A stretch of DNA of 25,215 nt from Geosiphon pyriformis uo1 (Eukaryota > Fungi > Glomeromycota), in the NCBI GenBank assembly GCA_016748015.1, contig JAAOMT010000633.1:97023-122237 (forward strand). The letters are read 5' to 3'. The position numbers were made by a program, and so were the translations under genes. Under the pieces are notes generated by a model, which saw only the letters and a list, made by a program, of their open reading frames with translations, was not told the origin of the DNA and made no database searches. Every line of letters begins with the position of its first letter. The first letter of the stretch is position 1. Positions 21,553 through 25,215 of this stretch are shown one piece after another.

Positions 21553-23765
21553 TTTATAGTAAAAGATTTTGAATTAATCAAAATATTTCAATATTTAAAT
21601 CCCATTTTTCAATCTGTTTGTGCTGATATAATTAAGAATAGAATCATAAAATTCTATGTTTTGGGTAGACAAAAATTAAAAATAAGCACTATCTTTATTA
21701 TAAAATATCTTTTTTTTTTTATTTATACTTATAATATGATAGGCATATTTAAGTATTATTAAGTCCAAAATTTTTTTACATTAGATTTTTGGACATCTTC
21801 TAATAACAAAGTTTTTGTTTTTATTACTATCTATTATATTAATAACAATTAAAATCTTCAATAAACAATAATTAATTTTGGATTAATAAATAAACAACAT
21901 AATAAAATAAATATTACAAATAGATTTTTTAAAATATTAAAAAATTATAAAATTACATCAAAGATATATATGTATATTTTTACATGAATTTGGGTTAATT
22001 AATAGCTAATAATGAAATTGACATATCATATAACATATTAGTATCATTTGAGATTCAGAGTTAATATAGTGTTCATATTATCAAAAATTGTATTTTGTTA
22101 ATATTGGCTTAAGTTGGTTTTTATTATTGCTCCAAAGCTGAATTTTTGGTATTAGTATTATCTAAGACTTAGAATTATTACAGTGCTTATATTTTTAAAA
22201 ACTGCATTTTTTTAATATTAGTTTAAGTGATTTTTATTATGTTTTAAGCCAAATTTTTAGCCAAAAAGATTAAGAAAAAAGTTTAAGAAAGAATTATATT
22301 TATTTTCTTTTTATACAAGTTTACTATTAATTTTATTAGTAATAATCTAATTTTTTTTGACAGCTTTTTACTATTATCTTTAATAATATTGCAAATAATA
22401 GTACTTTTGTAAAAAAACTAGCAAAAAAATTAAAAGAAAAAAACATTTAATAAAACTCAAAAAATCTTTAATTTTAATATTTTGATTATATTTTAAACTT
22501 AATAGTATAGATGATTTTAGATAAAATAAAAGATGATGTTTTCAAAATATTTGTTAAAAACCCAAACTGAATATATTTACTTAAAATTTTCTTAATATAA
22601 ACTTGGTAGAAATTAAAAATTAAAAAATTTAACTTTGTAATTTGTATCTTGTCTCAATATTTTAAGCTCTTTGAATATATTTATAATACATGTTAAATTA
22701 AATACTGTAAATTCATTTTGAATTATTCTATTTGGTAGAATTTTATTTATAACATAGTCAAAAATGAATTATCTTTTAAATTAACAAGTTATTTATTTCT
22801 AAATTTGTATATTTTGAATACAAAAATTATAATTGTAAATTTATAAGCATTAAATATTCTTACTAGCACTTATATTGACCTCTATTAATATGCTATTTTA
22901 TATAATTAGTGGGCTGTTTTCAATAAAATTGCTAAATTTCTTGAACTATTTAAGAATATTATAGTTAAAATATTAGCCAGTTCAAATAATATTGCATCCT
23001 TGATTATTTCCTTCTTTAATATCATTTTTAATCATGTTAAAGACACAGTTAATAATAATAAATTTAGTAAAGCATTATAATTTTAATAGTTATTTATTTA
23101 ACATATTTAATATTAAATCTATTACTTATTACAACAAATAGAACAATAAGAGAAAAGTTGGTTAAATATTATTCTAAAACAAATACAATTATAATACTTT
23201 GTATTGCATTGGATCCAAGGAGAAAATTCAAGTATTTCACAAAGAGAAAATTTTTGAATAATAATATTAATAAAATAAAAGAATTATAAGTTATTAATTT
23301 ATTTAAATAATTTTATTTTTCAATTCTTACATGATAAATGAATCTTTAAAATACATACTCTCTTTGAAATAGAGTACATATTAAACATTATATCAACATT
23401 AAATGACAGTTTTTTGTTAAATAACAATTTTAATAATACTATAGCATCAGTTATATAATTTATATTAAAAACAGACTTTGACAATAACAAAAAAAAAGAA
23501 CTTAACAAAATTAATTATTATATCTCTAAAAAAGTGGCCAATAGAAAAATAGATGTAATAATATAGTAAAGAGTATATTACAAAAAATATTTATCTAAAT
23601 TAATATTTTATTAATAATTTGATATTTAAGTATATTAAACACAATTTTCTTGTTTTGTATATATGGTTTGTAATTATTTAGTAATCCAAAAATTATTTGT
23701 TGTTTTTGAATTTACTTTTTTTGCAGATGGAAATATAATTACAAATATGAGATTTTGTTTAATAT
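21553..23765 (+). pseudogene. hAT-superfamily transposase fossil (intron-containing; N-terminal BED region absent)
   Basis: Ordered motifs: IVKDFELIKIFQYLNP (21556), KIFFTLDFWTS (first catalytic D, ~21785), TIIFNNIANN (~DNAxN, ~22380), YFDYILNL (~CxxH), W*NFIY (~RWNSTY, ~22732), WAVFNKIAKFLELF, IALDPRRKFKYF (~23204), VVFEFTFFADG (~SVxSExxFS, ~23700). Confidence 0.82.
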
Positions 23766-24528
23766 TGTTACTTATAAAATATAGGAATTATATATTAGTC
23801 TATAAATTAGCCAATTAGAATAAGACATAGTAATAGTATTAAAAGCAAAAAAGACAGAATCTTTAGTTTTAGAACTTTTAGTTCTAATTCTCTATCTATC
23901 TCTTTATACAATAGTATTCTATAACTTGAAATAGAAATATAAAATATTAATAAAATACTTATTAATTATCACAATCTATCTTTCACTATTAACAATTCAT
24001 GTTAATAGTTACCAATACTTAATTACACTAAACCAATAGCTTTTGATCACAGCTATTGATAAGATACTAACTTTTTCTTGTCTTGGCTTATTGCTTCATT
24101 ATTTTTTCATTATTTTTTTTATTTTTTTTCTTGTATTTTTGTTGTGAGTTTATTAATTGATTAAAAAATTAATGCATGAAGTACTGATATTAGGATATAA
24201 TACTGGTAAAAAACCCAAGTATAAGGGTAAACACTCAAAATTGAGGATAGCTTATCAAGAAATTACTGGTCATCAAGCTGAAAAAGAAATTAATGGAATA
24301 TAGATATTCCAAAAAGTGACAGACAACCAAGTACACCAATTTAAAAGTTGAAAAAACACTAAAAGCATTACTAAAAAATATATTCATTAAATCTCTGTCC
24401 ATTATACAAAAGGCTTAACCAAAACTTTTAGATATTAAAATCTTCAGAATTATTAACTATACTGGTTATTAAACACCAAGTTATGAGTTTGTTATTTGTT
24501 TTTAAACCCCAAATAATCACTTGTAACA
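23766..24528. mobile_element. Second solo-LTR-like insertion (763 bp)
   Basis: Termini TGTTAC (23766-23771) and GTAACA (24523-24528); 4-bp flanks ATAT (23762-23765) and ATGT (24529-24532). hAT similarity stops at the left terminus, and the interior is less G/C-depleted than the right flank. Confidence 0.55.
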
Positions 24529-25215
24529 ATGTAACCAACTACTTAAGTTAATTATGATATTAACTAAATTAAATTAAAAAAAACCAAAAATAAATCTAGT
24601 TTATTAAGTTTCTTAATAATATTATTTAAATTTTGAATATTAAAAATAAAATTATTAAAAAACAACTTAAATTTTTTAATACTATTTTTAATATTAGAAT
24701 TACATATTTATTATAAAACAACCAAATAATCACATATATTTTTATTCAAAAAAAATGCTTTAACAGCATTAATTTTATTTTATTTATATAATTAAAGTTA
24801 ATTTTAACTTTAAACAAACAAAGTTTTTAAACATATTAATCAAAAAAAAATAAAGCTTTTAAAAACATTAATTATAAAAAGTAAATATTTTTATACTTTG
24901 TAATTCTTTTATATATTTTTAGTTAAAAAAAAATAATCAAAGTAATTAAAAATTAATAAGTTTAATAATAAACTTAATTAAATTAATCAAATTTTAAATT
25001 TAAGACTTTAAAAAATTTAATTTAAAATCAAATTTGAGATTAATAACAAAAATGGCCAAAAAAACAACATAAAAAGAAAACAAAAAAGTAAAACTCTTAG
25101 CATAAAACTGTTTATTAATCAAAAATAATATAAAAAACTTAAAGTTAACAAAAAATTTAATAAATAATTTAAAAAAATAAAATAATAATATTTTATAATT
25201 TTTAAATAAGTAGTT

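Noticed and set aside
21576-21592. Apparent match to the element 2 5' end (TCGGGATCCCTTGACC) after C>T/G>A decay
   Set aside because: The same bases translate on the + strand as hAT transposase (ELIKIFQYLNP), in frame with downstream motifs, so the match is probably coincidental.
24533-25215. hAT right terminus or another fossil in the terminal AT-rich stretch
   Set aside because: Too degenerate; no TIR or protein motif could be read.

Overview
Very AT-rich, CpG-depleted eukaryotic DNA that is almost entirely nested, decayed transposable elements; no intact host gene is visible. The element families and the Sel1-repeat cargo resemble Glomeromycotina (arbuscular-mycorrhizal/Geosiphon-like) fungi, which is an inference. 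From left to right: (1) a ~2.3 kb minus-strand non-LTR element encoding only an ORF1p/gag-like protein (RRM-like domains, CCHC knuckle, coiled coil), followed directly by a LINE-type 3' tail; (2) head-to-head with it, a full-length ~6.9 kb LINE (ORF1; ORF2 = APE endonuclease, RT, RNase H, CCHC finger; poly(A)), which splits an ancient Ginger/KRBA2-like integrase fossil; (3) an older minus-strand relative of that LINE, interrupted by a 1.42 kb TG...CA solo-LTR-like insertion and, in its 3' tail, by a 2.05 kb TA-flanked pogo/Tigger-like TIR element carrying five Sel1-like repeats in frame with a PIP-box transposase C-terminus plus a 51-bp Asn/Gln-rich repeat; (4) a hAT transposase fossil and a second solo-LTR-like insertion. 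All three non-LTR elements share a structured 3' UTR placed identically after the stop codon. Inactivation is almost entirely by C>T/G>A substitutions with reading frames largely preserved.
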